Shown: positions 1-8,934 of the stretch, piece by piece | Numbering within the stretch: position 1 is the stretch's first letter | Layout: the number at the start of each line of letters is the position of its first letter | DNA from: Bdellovibrionales bacterium | GTDB taxonomy: Bacteria > Bdellovibrionota > Bdellovibrionia > Bdellovibrionales > DASUEL01 | Direction of reading: 5' to 3' | Assembly (NCBI GenBank): GCA_050250255.1 | Contig: JBFWOZ010000034.1 | Span: forward strand, 1 to 30,820 | DNA length: 30,820 nt | Notes under the pieces: generated by a model | What the model was told of the DNA's origin: nothing | What the model saw: the letters and a program-made list of their open reading frames with translations, nothing else | Databases searched by the model: none | Position numbers and translations under genes: made by a program

Positions 1-71
1 TTGGGGTAACGTATTCGTAAAGTCTCAAGGCGCGTTCGAAGCGCATGTTGTACGGCGATCTGGGTTTTCAT
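1..71 (-). CDS. 5' end of a CDS running off the window; resembles the TIGR02147/DUF4423 family N-terminus
   Basis: Manual translation from ATG at 71 gives MKTQIAVQHALRTRLETLRIRYP. This resembles the region preceding the 'NPxYSLRAFA' motif of TIGR02147 proteins. Only 23 codons are visible. Confidence 0.45.
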   Translation of the reverse strand, partial: MKTQIAVQHALRTRLETLRIRYP

Positions 72-111
72 GAGAGCGAAAGTAATCGAGACTCATTGCT
101 TTTCACAAGAG

Positions 112-136
112 TTTTGGAAACAAAGTGTTTCCAAAA
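112..136. promoter_or_regulatory. 11-bp perfect inverted repeat (operator or weak terminator)
   Basis: TTTTGGAAACA-aag-TGTTTCCAAAA lies between the doxX stop and the next start codon. Confidence 0.4.
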
Positions 137-165
137 TCAGTAACATGAAAGAAGTATAAGAGTGA

Positions 166-633
166 CTAAGGTACGGACACACTTTTGGGACTCGGTGTGT
201 CCCAAAAGTGTGTCCGTACCTTCGAGTCTATGCTCCACTTACCACCGCCTACGCAGACAAAGAAAATGGCGACTGCGAGATAGACAAGAGAGAGCTCTTG
301 TTTTTGGAAAGGGTCTTCTGCGTGACGAACGAAACCGGCAACTCCCATCGTAATTGCGATAAAGAGAGCCGAGGGTCGTACAAATAGACCGATAGCTAAT
401 AAGATTCCGCCCATAAATTCTGCAAGTCCTGCGGACCATGCAAAAACGATAGGAAGAGGGAAGCCCATTTCAATAACGCCCTCGAGAAATTTTTCTGATG
501 GAGGGATTTTGTTCCATCCGTGAGCGAGAGCCATTGTCATTCCCACAAAAACACGAAGAACAAAAAGGCCAAAATGAAACAAGGGAGAGGAAGGATTGGT
601 TTTCGCAAACAGAAATGATTTTAATTTTTTCAT
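166..633 (-). CDS. DoxX family membrane protein with a palindrome-derived C-terminal tail
   Basis: Four hydrophobic segments. Motifs LRVFVG..HGWNK, AEFMGGILLAIGLFVR, QELSLVY and GGGKWSID are typical of DoxX/YphA. RBS AGGAG upstream. Confidence 0.9.
   Translation of the reverse strand: MKKLKSFLFAKTNPSSPLFHFGLFVLRVFVGMTMALAHGWNKIPPSEKFLEGVIEMGFPLPIVFAWSAGLAEFMGGILLAIGLFVRPSALFIAITMGVAGFVRHAEDPFQKQELSLVYLAVAIFFVCVGGGKWSIDSKVRTHFWDTPSPKSVSVP
168..222. repeat. Palindromic element 1 (24-bp perfect arms, 7-nt loop) inside the doxX 3' end
   Basis: AAGGTACGGACACACTTTTGGGAC (168-191) is the exact reverse complement of 199-222. Confidence 0.9.
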
Positions 634-642
634 AAAAGTCTC

Positions 643-1884
643 CTATATCTTAAGTGATTCAAGAACTTTTGTGCGTTTCATGACGGGTGGGTGCGTGTAC
701 TCTAAAAATACCTTTAAAGGATGTGGGTGGAGGTTCGAGAGATTCTCTACAGATAATTTCTTTAAAGCCTCAGAGAGAGCCAAAGGTTTTCCGTAAGTAC
801 GAACGGAATACTCGTCCGCTTCAAATTCGTACTTTCGTGAAAGCGCCAGGTTCCATAAAGAAAGAATTGAACTGATCGGTGAAAACAAAAGAGATAAAAA
901 TAAAAGTCCTGCATAAACGGAAGGTTGGCTCACACGAAAAGCTTCAAAAAGAAAAGGGCTTTGTAAAAGCTGATTGAAAATAAAAAGTGTCACGAAGGAA
1001 GTAGCAAGACTCAAAGTGAGCTGACGCCAAATGTGCTTCAATTTAAAATGTCCAATTTCATGAGCGAGAATGGCCACTAACTCTTCGGTCGTATGTTTTT
1101 CAATGAGCGTATCGAATAAAACGATACGCTTAAACTTTCCAAAGCCTGTGAAGTAAGCGTTGGCTCTTGTGCTTCGTTTAGAACCATCCATTTTGTAAAT
1201 GCCTTGCAGGTAGAAATTTTCCTTTTTTGCAAACTCATTAATCGCGGACTTCAATTCGCCTTCTTCAAGTGGTGTGAACTTATTAAAAAGAGGCATAATC
1301 GTGACCGGTGCAATGAACATCATAAAAAGTGTTACGACCGTGAGGAAAATCCACACGTAAAGCCATGCGTTGCCCGCAAAGCTTTCAAAGAACCAAAGAA
1401 TCGCGGCCAATATGGGGGCCCCAATCAAACAAGTTAAAAGAAGACCTTTAAGTTGGTCGCCGATATAAGTTTTGGCCGTCGTTTTGTTAAAGCCAAAATT
1501 CTTTTCGATGACGAAGGTATGATAAATGCCAAAAGGGAGTGCGAGCATCCATTGCAGATAGCCTAAGATTCCGAAAAATAAAAGTCCGGTGAGTACGGAG
1601 TTCCATTGATAGGATCTGGCCAGCTGATCCACCCATTCAAAGCCACTAAGTAACCAAAAAGTGATGAAACAGAAAAAATGAAAGTGATCGCTCACAAGTC
1701 CAAAGAAAGTATTGGTTTGTAAGTAGCTTTGGCTCTTACGATATTTTTCAGGGTCATAGAGATGCTGGAATTCTACAGGAATTTTGTTCGTGATCTTGGA
1801 AAGATTTAAAAACTCCACGAGCGTTTCTAAAATTAAAAAGAAGGCAAAAAAAGTAAGAGCGAGCCAAGTCCACTGAGAAATCAT
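643..1884 (-). CDS. M48 family (Ste24p/CAAX-type) membrane zinc metalloprotease
   Basis: HEIGH zinc motif, DGSKRSTRANAYFTGFG, KRIVLFDTL, EFEAD and THPP; multiple TM helices. Confidence 0.95.
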   Translation of the reverse strand: MISQWTWLALTFFAFFLILETLVEFLNLSKITNKIPVEFQHLYDPEKYRKSQSYLQTNTFFGLVSDHFHFFCFITFWLLSGFEWVDQLARSYQWNSVLTGLLFFGILGYLQWMLALPFGIYHTFVIEKNFGFNKTTAKTYIGDQLKGLLLTCLIGAPILAAILWFFESFAGNAWLYVWIFLTVVTLFMMFIAPVTIMPLFNKFTPLEEGELKSAINEFAKKENFYLQGIYKMDGSKRSTRANAYFTGFGKFKRIVLFDTLIEKHTTEELVAILAHEIGHFKLKHIWRQLTLSLATSFVTLFIFNQLLQSPFLFEAFRVSQPSVYAGLLFLSLLFSPISSILSLWNLALSRKYEFEADEYSVRTYGKPLALSEALKKLSVENLSNLHPHPLKVFLEYTHPPVMKRTKVLESLKI

Positions 1885-1913
1885 CTGATTTACCGTTCTA
1901 TTTGTGAAGATCG

Positions 1914-3155
1914 TTACCGATCTACATAGTTGAGGTTTTTGCCAAAGGTTTCATCTAAAAAGTAAAGGGCCACACCAGCGATAAGTAAGGATACGGTTCC
2001 GACTATCGCGGCGGAATAAACGAGGGATTGTCCTTCCGCCAAATATTTAAAACTTAATGTCAGGGGGACTACGGCACCACGAACAAAGTTGGGTGCGGTA
2101 GAAGTTGCGGTGGCGCGAAGGTTGGTTCCAAAATGTTCGCTCGCTGTGGTTACAAACATGGCCCAGTAGCCCACGGAAATTCCGAGGAGAACACAAATAA
2201 AATAAAACATGTCAGGGGTAAGGCCCGAGCTTTTTAAATAGACGACGGAGAAAAGAGCGGTGAGAAACATAAAAAACAGAATCACTTTTTTACGGGTGCG
2301 AAACCATTGGCTGAGTAAGCCACTTCCTATGTCGCCTATCGCTAAGCCGATGTAAGAGAACATCACGGATTTACCGGCCGTAATGGGTTCGGTGGTTTGA
2401 AGCTCCTTTGCGAGCTCAGGAGAAAAGGTGATGAGGATTCCAATCACATACCAAATAGGAATTCCGATTAAAATGCAGCTGAGATATTTGATGCAGCGAT
2501 CTTTCTGGTTGAAAAACATGAGAAGGTCGCCACGCTTTACACTTTCTTCTTTCGCCTGATGAAACATGCCTGATTCAAAAATAGAAATACGCATGACGAG
2601 AAGCAGTAGCCCCATCACTCCACCGATAATATAAGCCGTACGCCAGCTCACGGCGCCGCCGATAAGATTGGCGAGTACCGCTCCGAGAAGGCCGAAGGCG
2701 GCGACGAGACTTGTGCCGTATCCGCGGTTCTCTTTCGTCATGGTTTCATTCACCAGAGTGATAGCAGTTCCTAATTCACCGGCAAGTCCAATGCCGGCAA
2801 TAAAACGAAGAAGTGCGTAAGAGTCGACAGAGTACACAAAGCCATTGGCGATATTCGCGACGGAGTAGAGAAGAATGGACCCGAAGAGCACGGAGATTCG
2901 CCCGATTTTATCTCCGAGTACACCCCAGATGAGTCCTCCAAGTAGAAGCCCGATCATCTGCATATTGAGAATGTACACGCCTGCTTCCATAAGCTGAGAG
3001 TCATCGACTCCCAAATCTTTTAAGCTCACTACGCGAACAATAGAAAAAAGAAGAAGATCGTAGATATCTACAAAGTATCCCAGGGCCGAGACAATCACCG
3101 TCATGTTCAAAATTTTAGATGTCACCGCTGGGTGTGAATGAGTTTTCATGGTCAT
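1914..3155 (-). CDS. MFS transporter
   Basis: About 12 TM segments. MFS motif GVLGDKIGRIS, RFIAGIGLAGE, EHFGTNLRATA. The start may be the ATG at 3149 (RBS GAGGAG). Confidence 0.93.
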   Translation of the reverse strand: MTMKTHSHPAVTSKILNMTVIVSALGYFVDIYDLLLFSIVRVVSLKDLGVDDSQLMEAGVYILNMQMIGLLLGGLIWGVLGDKIGRISVLFGSILLYSVANIANGFVYSVDSYALLRFIAGIGLAGELGTAITLVNETMTKENRGYGTSLVAAFGLLGAVLANLIGGAVSWRTAYIIGGVMGLLLLVMRISIFESGMFHQAKEESVKRGDLLMFFNQKDRCIKYLSCILIGIPIWYVIGILITFSPELAKELQTTEPITAGKSVMFSYIGLAIGDIGSGLLSQWFRTRKKVILFFMFLTALFSVVYLKSSGLTPDMFYFICVLLGISVGYWAMFVTTASEHFGTNLRATATSTAPNFVRGAVVPLTLSFKYLAEGQSLVYSAAIVGTVSLLIAGVALYFLDETFGKNLNYVDR

Positions 3156-3252
3156 GTCTCCTCGAGAAACCTATTTATAGACATGAAAGCACACGTTTGA
3201 GTACACCTCATGCACCGAGGCGAACCCTAAAGATAGGATCCTTTATGACTTT

Positions 3253-4512
3253 TTAGGGGCGGTCGAAGCGGTAGAAGAGGATAGGAATGCCACCATTTTT
3301 AAGTTTCACTTTAGTAACGACTTTCCAATCCGTGGAAGACCATGTTTTAGGATCTGAAAGTTGGTGAGTTTCGGAACGTTCTGGGAGCAAAATTCCGATT
3401 CGTTCTGGGGAATAGTTTTTTTCGATTTGTCCAAGAAGCTTTGCAAAGTAGCGGGAGTTTTCTGGCTCTGCTTCCAGTCGCTCACCATAGGGAGGATTAC
3501 AGAGCACCCATCTACGTTCTGAAGAAATCTCCGAGGAAGATTCAAATAAATCTTTTTGTTCGAAAGAAATGCGTTCATTTAAGAGTGTGAGAGTTTCCAC
3601 ACTTCCTGGTATTTTAGCCTTTTTGAGACGCTCAAAATATTTTTGAATCTCTTGTAAGTTCGCTTGAAAAGTCTCTTTCATTTTTGGATCACGGTCATAA
3701 GCTTTGAGGGACTGAATCCCTGTAGGCCATCCGGCGTCCACAAGCGTCTTCCAGTTGTGGGCTTTCAATTTTTCTGGGCAGTTTGTAAAGTGTTCGTAGG
3801 CAAACCCTCGCATATGAAGCGTGAGGTTTTCAAAAAGTGCTTCAAATAAAAGCGTTCCTGAGCCCGCCATGGGATCAATCAAGGTGACCGGCTCTTGAAG
3901 CGAGTCGGACCCTTTGAGGTACTTCCATAAAATGGCGGCAAGAGTTTCGCGAAGGGGTGCGTGAGAAACATTGGTGCGGTAGCCACGTTTATGAAGACGT
4001 TCGCCACTGGTGTCTAAACTGACGGTGCATTGATCTTCGAAGAGGCGGATGAAAACTTCCGGAGAAAATCCATCAACCGCTTTTTTCTCTGGGAAACCTT
4101 CGCAGTATTCTTTGTAAGCGTAGCCGCAAGTCTCTTCGAGTTTACGTTCGACCATAAGGCGCGACTTAGCTGCACTGATATTCCAGCGGATAGGCCCATG
4201 CGGAATGAGTTTGCGCCAATCGAACTTCTTTAATTTGTTGTAGAACTTGACCGTGTCCCTAGAAGAAAACTCTGTCAGCCGCAAAAGAATTCGACTGGGA
4301 ATTTTCAATTGCAGGTTGAGTTTTAAGCCAAACTCAAAAGAACTTTCAAAACTGATTCCACCAAACTCTTCTTTTGGTTTTTGAAGAGTGACGTTTTCTT
4401 TTTTAGCAACGGCTTGGAGTTCCTTAAGGGCTAAGTTCTCGCACCCTGGAGGAATGATCAGGAAAAACGAGCAGATTTCGTCAGCGCTTTGAAAGATAGG
4501 CATGAAGTTCAT
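3253..4512 (-). CDS. THUMP-domain class I SAM-dependent RNA methyltransferase (RlmL-like)
   Basis: SLDTSGERLHKRGYR, APLRETLAA, DPMAGSGT and NPPYGERL motifs. Confidence 0.9.
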   Translation of the reverse strand: MNFMPIFQSADEICSFFLIIPPGCENLALKELQAVAKKENVTLQKPKEEFGGISFESSFEFGLKLNLQLKIPSRILLRLTEFSSRDTVKFYNKLKKFDWRKLIPHGPIRWNISAAKSRLMVERKLEETCGYAYKEYCEGFPEKKAVDGFSPEVFIRLFEDQCTVSLDTSGERLHKRGYRTNVSHAPLRETLAAILWKYLKGSDSLQEPVTLIDPMAGSGTLLFEALFENLTLHMRGFAYEHFTNCPEKLKAHNWKTLVDAGWPTGIQSLKAYDRDPKMKETFQANLQEIQKYFERLKKAKIPGSVETLTLLNERISFEQKDLFESSSEISSERRWVLCNPPYGERLEAEPENSRYFAKLLGQIEKNYSPERIGILLPERSETHQLSDPKTWSSTDWKVVTKVKLKNGGIPILFYRFDRP

Positions 4513-4611
4513 TACGCTGGAATAGAGGCTTTCGCAAGTGCGTCGATAAAGGAGAGGGCCTTATTGATACTCTTTCAAAATCAGCCTATCTTTGACTTTT
4601 AAGGAGTGCTT

Positions 4612-5178
4612 ATGAAACACATGATTCTTGGTCTTGTTCTATTTTCTTTTAGCGCCGCTTATGCTGAAAAGAAGGGAGCTCAAAAAATGGAAACACCAAA
4701 GAGCGTCTACGACTTTAAAGTGAAAGACATTACGGGTAAAGATGTCGATCTTAAAGCCTATAAGGGGAAAGTGGCTCTCGTTGTGAACACGGCTTCGAAG
4801 TGTGGGTACACTCCTCAATATAAAGGTCTGCAGGCACTTTATGATCAATATAAAGATAAGAATTTTGTCGTTCTGGGTTTTCCATCCAATGATTTTGGGG
4901 GTCAAGAGCCTGGAACCCAAAAGGAGATTAAGTCCTTTTGTGAGCTTAACTACGGCGTGAACTTTCCGCTTTTTGATAAAGGCCCCGTAAAAGGCTCAGA
5001 TAAAAGCGCTCTTTATGTCTACCTCACGGAATCTCAAGATCACTCCTTTACGGGTGATGTGGAATGGAACTTTGAAAAGTTCCTTATTGATCGTCAGGGA
5101 CGAGTGATTGGTCGCTATAAATCGAAGGTGAAGCCTGATTCGGAAGAGCTCAAGGAAGCCATCAAAAAAGCACTGTAA
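4612..5178 (+). CDS. Cys-type glutathione peroxidase family protein with signal peptide
   Basis: VNTASKCGYTPQY, GFPSNDFGGQEPG, WNFEKFL. AAGGAG RBS at 4601-4606 favours ATG 4612. N-terminal MKHMILGLVLFSFSAAYA looks like a Sec signal. Confidence 0.95.
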   Translation: MKHMILGLVLFSFSAAYAEKKGAQKMETPKSVYDFKVKDITGKDVDLKAYKGKVALVVNTASKCGYTPQYKGLQALYDQYKDKNFVVLGFPSNDFGGQEPGTQKEIKSFCELNYGVNFPLFDKGPVKGSDKSALYVYLTESQDHSFTGDVEWNFEKFLIDRQGRVIGRYKSKVKPDSEELKEAIKKAL

Positions 5179-5324
5179 GACGAGCGTAGTTTTTTCAAAA
5201 AAGAGTGCCGTTCTCCGTCACTTTTCTAAAATTCCAACAGGGAGCTGTTCAACGGCTCTCTGAAGGTTGGCTCACAACCTGTTGAATTAATTCATTAAAA
5301 ATGAACACCTAAAGCCTTCCATGA

Positions 5325-5340
5325 TGGCCTTTCAATTGCT
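5325..5340 (+). promoter_or_regulatory. sigma-54 (-24/-12) promoter
   Basis: TGGCCTTTCAATTGCT has exact GG-N10-GC spacing, ~45 nt upstream of ATG 5386. Confidence 0.65.
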
Positions 5341-5385
5341 CTTACGAGAGCTTGGATGTTTGCGTCTGTAAATAAGGAGGCCTCT

Positions 5386-7404
5386 ATGAAATCAATGAAA
5401 ACTCTTATTCCTGTGGCAGTGGTGACCCTCGGATTGATCGCGGCTTGTGCCCCGCAATCACGATTTCGTGCCCCTGTTCTTAAAGACGGAAAGTTAAAAA
5501 CGGACGCGGCGGCCGAACAAATCGCACCAACCCCTGGCGGTTCCCCAAGTCTCGAGGCTCCAAAAGACAAATTTTCACTCGACTATGTGAATGAACTAGA
5601 AAACGTTTACGTGCACGTCGAACAGCAAAAAAACAAATCTTTATTGGTTCAAGCCCGAGTACAAAGAAAAAATGTCGGTGATGTTATTTTACAAGGCTCT
5701 ATTGCTGACGGGAAGAAAGAAGCTGAGCTTCAGCAATACATTTCCACTCCAGAAGGTCGCTTAGTGCTGGTCTCAGATGAGAGTGAATCCATCCGTGGGC
5801 AAGTAAAGTGTGAAGAAGGAAAGAGTTGTGAAGAGGCCCTTACAATTCTTGCTCAACCTTTCAAAAAAGGTGAAGAGATCGGCGAATTTAAGATTCAAGT
5901 TCTTAACTCCAAACTTTCAGTAGAAGGCGCGACATTCAAAAAAGGTAAAGATTTCGATGCCACTCTTGCCGAACAGCTTTCACAAGCGGATTCTGTTCGT
6001 CAAGGCACAGTTCAATGGAAGGGTGCTGATGCGAAAGTCACTCATATGATCACTCTTCTTCAAAAGGATGCGAGCAGTCTTTTGATTGCTGCCGCCTCAG
6101 GAAAAATCGACGAAAAAATTGAGAGCCTAAAATTTAAAACTATTAGTAGTAAAGCCACTTTGAAAAAAGATGGAGTGCTTCAAGTCACAGGTCTTTCTTT
6201 GCTGACAGCTAGCGATACAGATGGTCTTCTCAAGAGTACGACCATCACATTGCTCGATAAAGAATCCAATATATTAGAAATTCACTTAAAGTCAGAAAAT
6301 AAAACAGAAGAAAAAACTGAAGATACAGATACAGAAATAACGACTACAAGTGAAGCAGCCGTCGTCAAAGGAGCGCTTGACGAAGTATCTGGCAGTAATG
6401 ATCAACAGACTCCGCCTGATTCGGGAGTGACAACTCGAGTAGGAACTCTTGAAGAAAATAAAGCCAGCGTTCCGGGAGTGATTCCTGGTAAGCCCGAAGT
6501 TCCAACGGTGACGATCTCTACTACTCCGGTAGGAACCCTCGCAGAAAATAAAGCACAGGTGCCTGCAGCGACGGCACCAGTAACGATCGGCATTCCGAAC
6601 TCACAGCCAGCAGGAACTCCTGCGGGTGGAGCATTCGCGGCCGCAAAAGTGGGTGGATCTCCTTCGATGGCAACGACTCCTGTGGCACAGATCTCCGCAC
6701 CACCTGCACCAAAAGCTCCATCGGCGATGATTTCAAATCCCAAGGCTTCGCCAACACTCGGTAACACATTGGCGGCTTTCCCCGTACAGCCTGTTCAACC
6801 AACGGATGATTTAATCTCTAAGAGTGACTTGTTTTGTACTTACGATTTAAGAAACGATCCAACGTCTGAAATGCAAATTTACATCTGGACAGGAAAAGCG
6901 GTTTCTGGTGCGAAGGTAGAAAAAGTTATCCAGATGAAAGCAAAAAAGCTAGATCGCGCACGTAAAGAATTTGTTCGCATCGATGAAGGCAAAAAGGATT
7001 CAAACTATATTCAAGCGAACACCTGTTTGGGCCAATTGACCTTCGTTAAAGAGGGTACATCTTGTCGCGAGCCTTATTTTGAAGTTACTGCTCGCACAAG
7101 TATGGAAAACCAATGTGTGTTAGCGAAAAACTACGGCAGTCCAACAACGTCAGCTATCTACGTTTATTCGAAAGGTGATAAGGCTCAGATCACATTTAAC
7201 GGCGGCCAGGTTGTGCAAGGTAGTAGCATCGGACAGAACTACTCAAAGTTTGAACTTTGCTCGGGAGTTCATGTGCATCATGCAGATGGAGTCGCTCGTA
7301 AGTATGAGAATAAACCTCTTACGGTTTATGGTTACGTGAATCCACAAGGTTCGACTCTTCAAAACAAATGTGTGATTGGTCTTGATTACGCACGAGTGAA
7401 GTAA
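5386..7404 (+). CDS. Large hypothetical lipoprotein with Pro/Ala/Thr-rich linker and Cys-containing C-terminal repeats
   Basis: AAGGAGG RBS before ATG 5386; lipobox LIAAC; low-complexity linker; no family recognised. Confidence 0.8.
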   Translation: MKSMKTLIPVAVVTLGLIAACAPQSRFRAPVLKDGKLKTDAAAEQIAPTPGGSPSLEAPKDKFSLDYVNELENVYVHVEQQKNKSLLVQARVQRKNVGDVILQGSIADGKKEAELQQYISTPEGRLVLVSDESESIRGQVKCEEGKSCEEALTILAQPFKKGEEIGEFKIQVLNSKLSVEGATFKKGKDFDATLAEQLSQADSVRQGTVQWKGADAKVTHMITLLQKDASSLLIAAASGKIDEKIESLKFKTISSKATLKKDGVLQVTGLSLLTASDTDGLLKSTTITLLDKESNILEIHLKSENKTEEKTEDTDTEITTTSEAAVVKGALDEVSGSNDQQTPPDSGVTTRVGTLEENKASVPGVIPGKPEVPTVTISTTPVGTLAENKAQVPAATAPVTIGIPNSQPAGTPAGGAFAAAKVGGSPSMATTPVAQISAPPAPKAPSAMISNPKASPTLGNTLAAFPVQPVQPTDDLISKSDLFCTYDLRNDPTSEMQIYIWTGKAVSGAKVEKVIQMKAKKLDRARKEFVRIDEGKKDSNYIQANTCLGQLTFVKEGTSCREPYFEVTARTSMENQCVLAKNYGSPTTSAIYVYSKGDKAQITFNGGQVVQGSSIGQNYSKFELCSGVHVHHADGVARKYENKPLTVYGYVNPQGSTLQNKCVIGLDYARVK

Positions 7405-7489
7405 TAAAGGTGCCAGTGTCATTTTTCTGGCTACATTGCTTCACAAAAGTGGACGCAGCGTAGCCAGAAAAATGACACTGGCACCTTTA
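7405..7489. repeat. Palindromic element 2 (30-bp perfect arms); probably also a bidirectional terminator
   Basis: TAAAGGTGCCAGTGTCATTTTTCTGGCTAC (7405-7434) is the exact reverse complement of 7460-7489. It fills the whole gap between two convergent stop codons. Confidence 0.9.
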
Positions 7490-8212
7490 ATTCTTGAGAG
7501 CTACGTAGATACGATGGACATCATCGAACTCGTCCACATCACCTAAAAAATCTTCCACTTCTTTACGCTGTTCTGGCGTTACTTCCGTGGTGTTTTTAGC
7601 AATGTAGCTCATTTCGGAAGTCGTGATGATCCACCCGGCTTTAGATAAAAACTTATTTACGGTATCAAGGTCGGTTGGTTCGCAAAAAAACCGAGCTCCA
7701 ATTTGAGTGCCGATCATCTCCGCTTTTTCTAAAGGTTCCACGTTCTGTGCGCCAGCTTCAATCGCGACTTCTTCGATATCTAAAGATTTATTTTCATGGG
7801 TGGCTTCAATGACGCCGAGGTGATTGAACATCCATGTGACACTTCCGATAGCGCCCATTTGGCCTTTTCGAAAGAGAGCCTTGATTTCTGAAGATGTGCG
7901 GTTGCGATTATCCGTTAAGCATTCCACAATGACGGGAACTTTGTGGGGCGTGAAACCTTCAAAAGTGACCATCTCGTACTGGACGGCCTCGTCGAGTAAG
8001 CCCGCACCTTTTTTGATGGCGCGTTCAATTGTGTCTTTAGGGACAGATTGTTTGCGAGCCGCTTCGACAGCGGCTCTGAGTCTTGGGTTATTTTCAGGGT
8101 GCGGGTCGCCGAGCTTCGCCGCCACCATGATCTCTTTGGTGAGCTTGTGAGTTTTTGCACCTTTTGCAGCACTGGCGCCGGCTTTCCCGGCATGTTTCCA
8201 CTGGGCACCCAT
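7487..8212 (-). CDS. yebC: YebC/PmpR family protein
   Basis: MGAQWKH start, NPRLRAAVEAARKQSVPKDTIERAIKKG, VECLTDNRNRT, DDVHRIY. Start trimmed to ATG 8212 by family N-terminus. Confidence 0.93.
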   Translation of the reverse strand: MGAQWKHAGKAGASAAKGAKTHKLTKEIMVAAKLGDPHPENNPRLRAAVEAARKQSVPKDTIERAIKKGAGLLDEAVQYEMVTFEGFTPHKVPVIVECLTDNRNRTSSEIKALFRKGQMGAIGSVTWMFNHLGVIEATHENKSLDIEEVAIEAGAQNVEPLEKAEMIGTQIGARFFCEPTDLDTVNKFLSKAGWIITTSEMSYIAKNTTEVTPEQRKEVEDFLGDVDEFDDVHRIYVALKN

Positions 8213-8222
8213 GTCTATCCTT

Positions 8223-8861
8223 TTATCGCAAACAAGATTGGTAAGTGGAGATTTGGTTTCCAAATCCTGTCCAGCGAACGTAGCCATAACCTACAAAACC
8301 TGAAAGCTCCAAGTTATTTCCAAAGTTGTTCACGTTGAGGCGGAGGTATTGGTTTTTGTAGAAGCCAGTAGCAAATCCACCAAAGACATCAAGGCGAGTG
8401 TAGTGACCTCCGATGTATCCAGAAAAACTTCCTGAATTTTGATCTCCGTAAAATGTGAGGTTTACCCAACCCTTCATGAAACAAGTGTAGGTGAGAACTT
8501 CTCGCATGAGCGTCACATCGCGAGCTTCAGAGCCTGGCGATTGAATGGAGAACACAACGTTCGTTCCAGCTTGGCCGGAAATCCATTCAGAAACAGTTTC
8601 AAGTTTTTGATTTTGAGTCGCTTTGCCGTCCACCGCGCGGATGTAATCGCCAGCTTTGATACCGGAACGTTGAGCGGGGGCGCGATCAAGTAGATCCACG
8701 ATCATTGTTTCTTTCGTTTTTTTGTCTTCAGATTTAACCACTTCAATAGTGATACCAACACCGACATAGGATTCTGTATCTTCTTGTGCGTGGGCTTTTG
8801 AACTTTGAACGGTGAAACCAAGAGCAAGAGCCAAAGCAGTTGCCGAAATTTTTTGTAACAT
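8223..8861 (-). CDS. Secreted PDZ-domain protein
   Basis: GGAGG RBS before ATG 8861; signal peptide ending AHA. CtpA-like PDZ (YVGVGI...APAQRSGIKAGDYIRAVDG...GQAGTNV), then a Gly/aromatic-rich beta domain; no protease domain. Confidence 0.8.
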   Translation of the reverse strand: MLQKISATALALALGFTVQSSKAHAQEDTESYVGVGITIEVVKSEDKKTKETMIVDLLDRAPAQRSGIKAGDYIRAVDGKATQNQKLETVSEWISGQAGTNVVFSIQSPGSEARDVTLMREVLTYTCFMKGWVNLTFYGDQNSGSFSGYIGGHYTRLDVFGGFATGFYKNQYLRLNVNNFGNNLELSGFVGYGYVRWTGFGNQISTYQSCLR

Positions 8862-8934
8862 AATACCTCCGAGGTCAATGTCTGTTGATGAACAAATTCG
8901 GCCACAGACTATGAGTTCTCGAAGAGAGTGGCAA

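Noticed and set aside
162..353. 63-aa + strand ORF sharing KVRTHFWD..PKSVSVP with the DoxX tail
   Set aside because: The similarity is a mirror artefact of the DNA palindrome; the rest is antisense to doxX.
4612..5178. Possible selenocysteine glutathione peroxidase
   Set aside because: The active-site codon is TGT (Cys) and there is no in-frame TGA.
8885..8905. Possible sigma-54 promoter for the PDZ gene (TGGCCGAATTTGTTC on the - strand)
   Set aside because: The -12 GC is missing at the required spacing.
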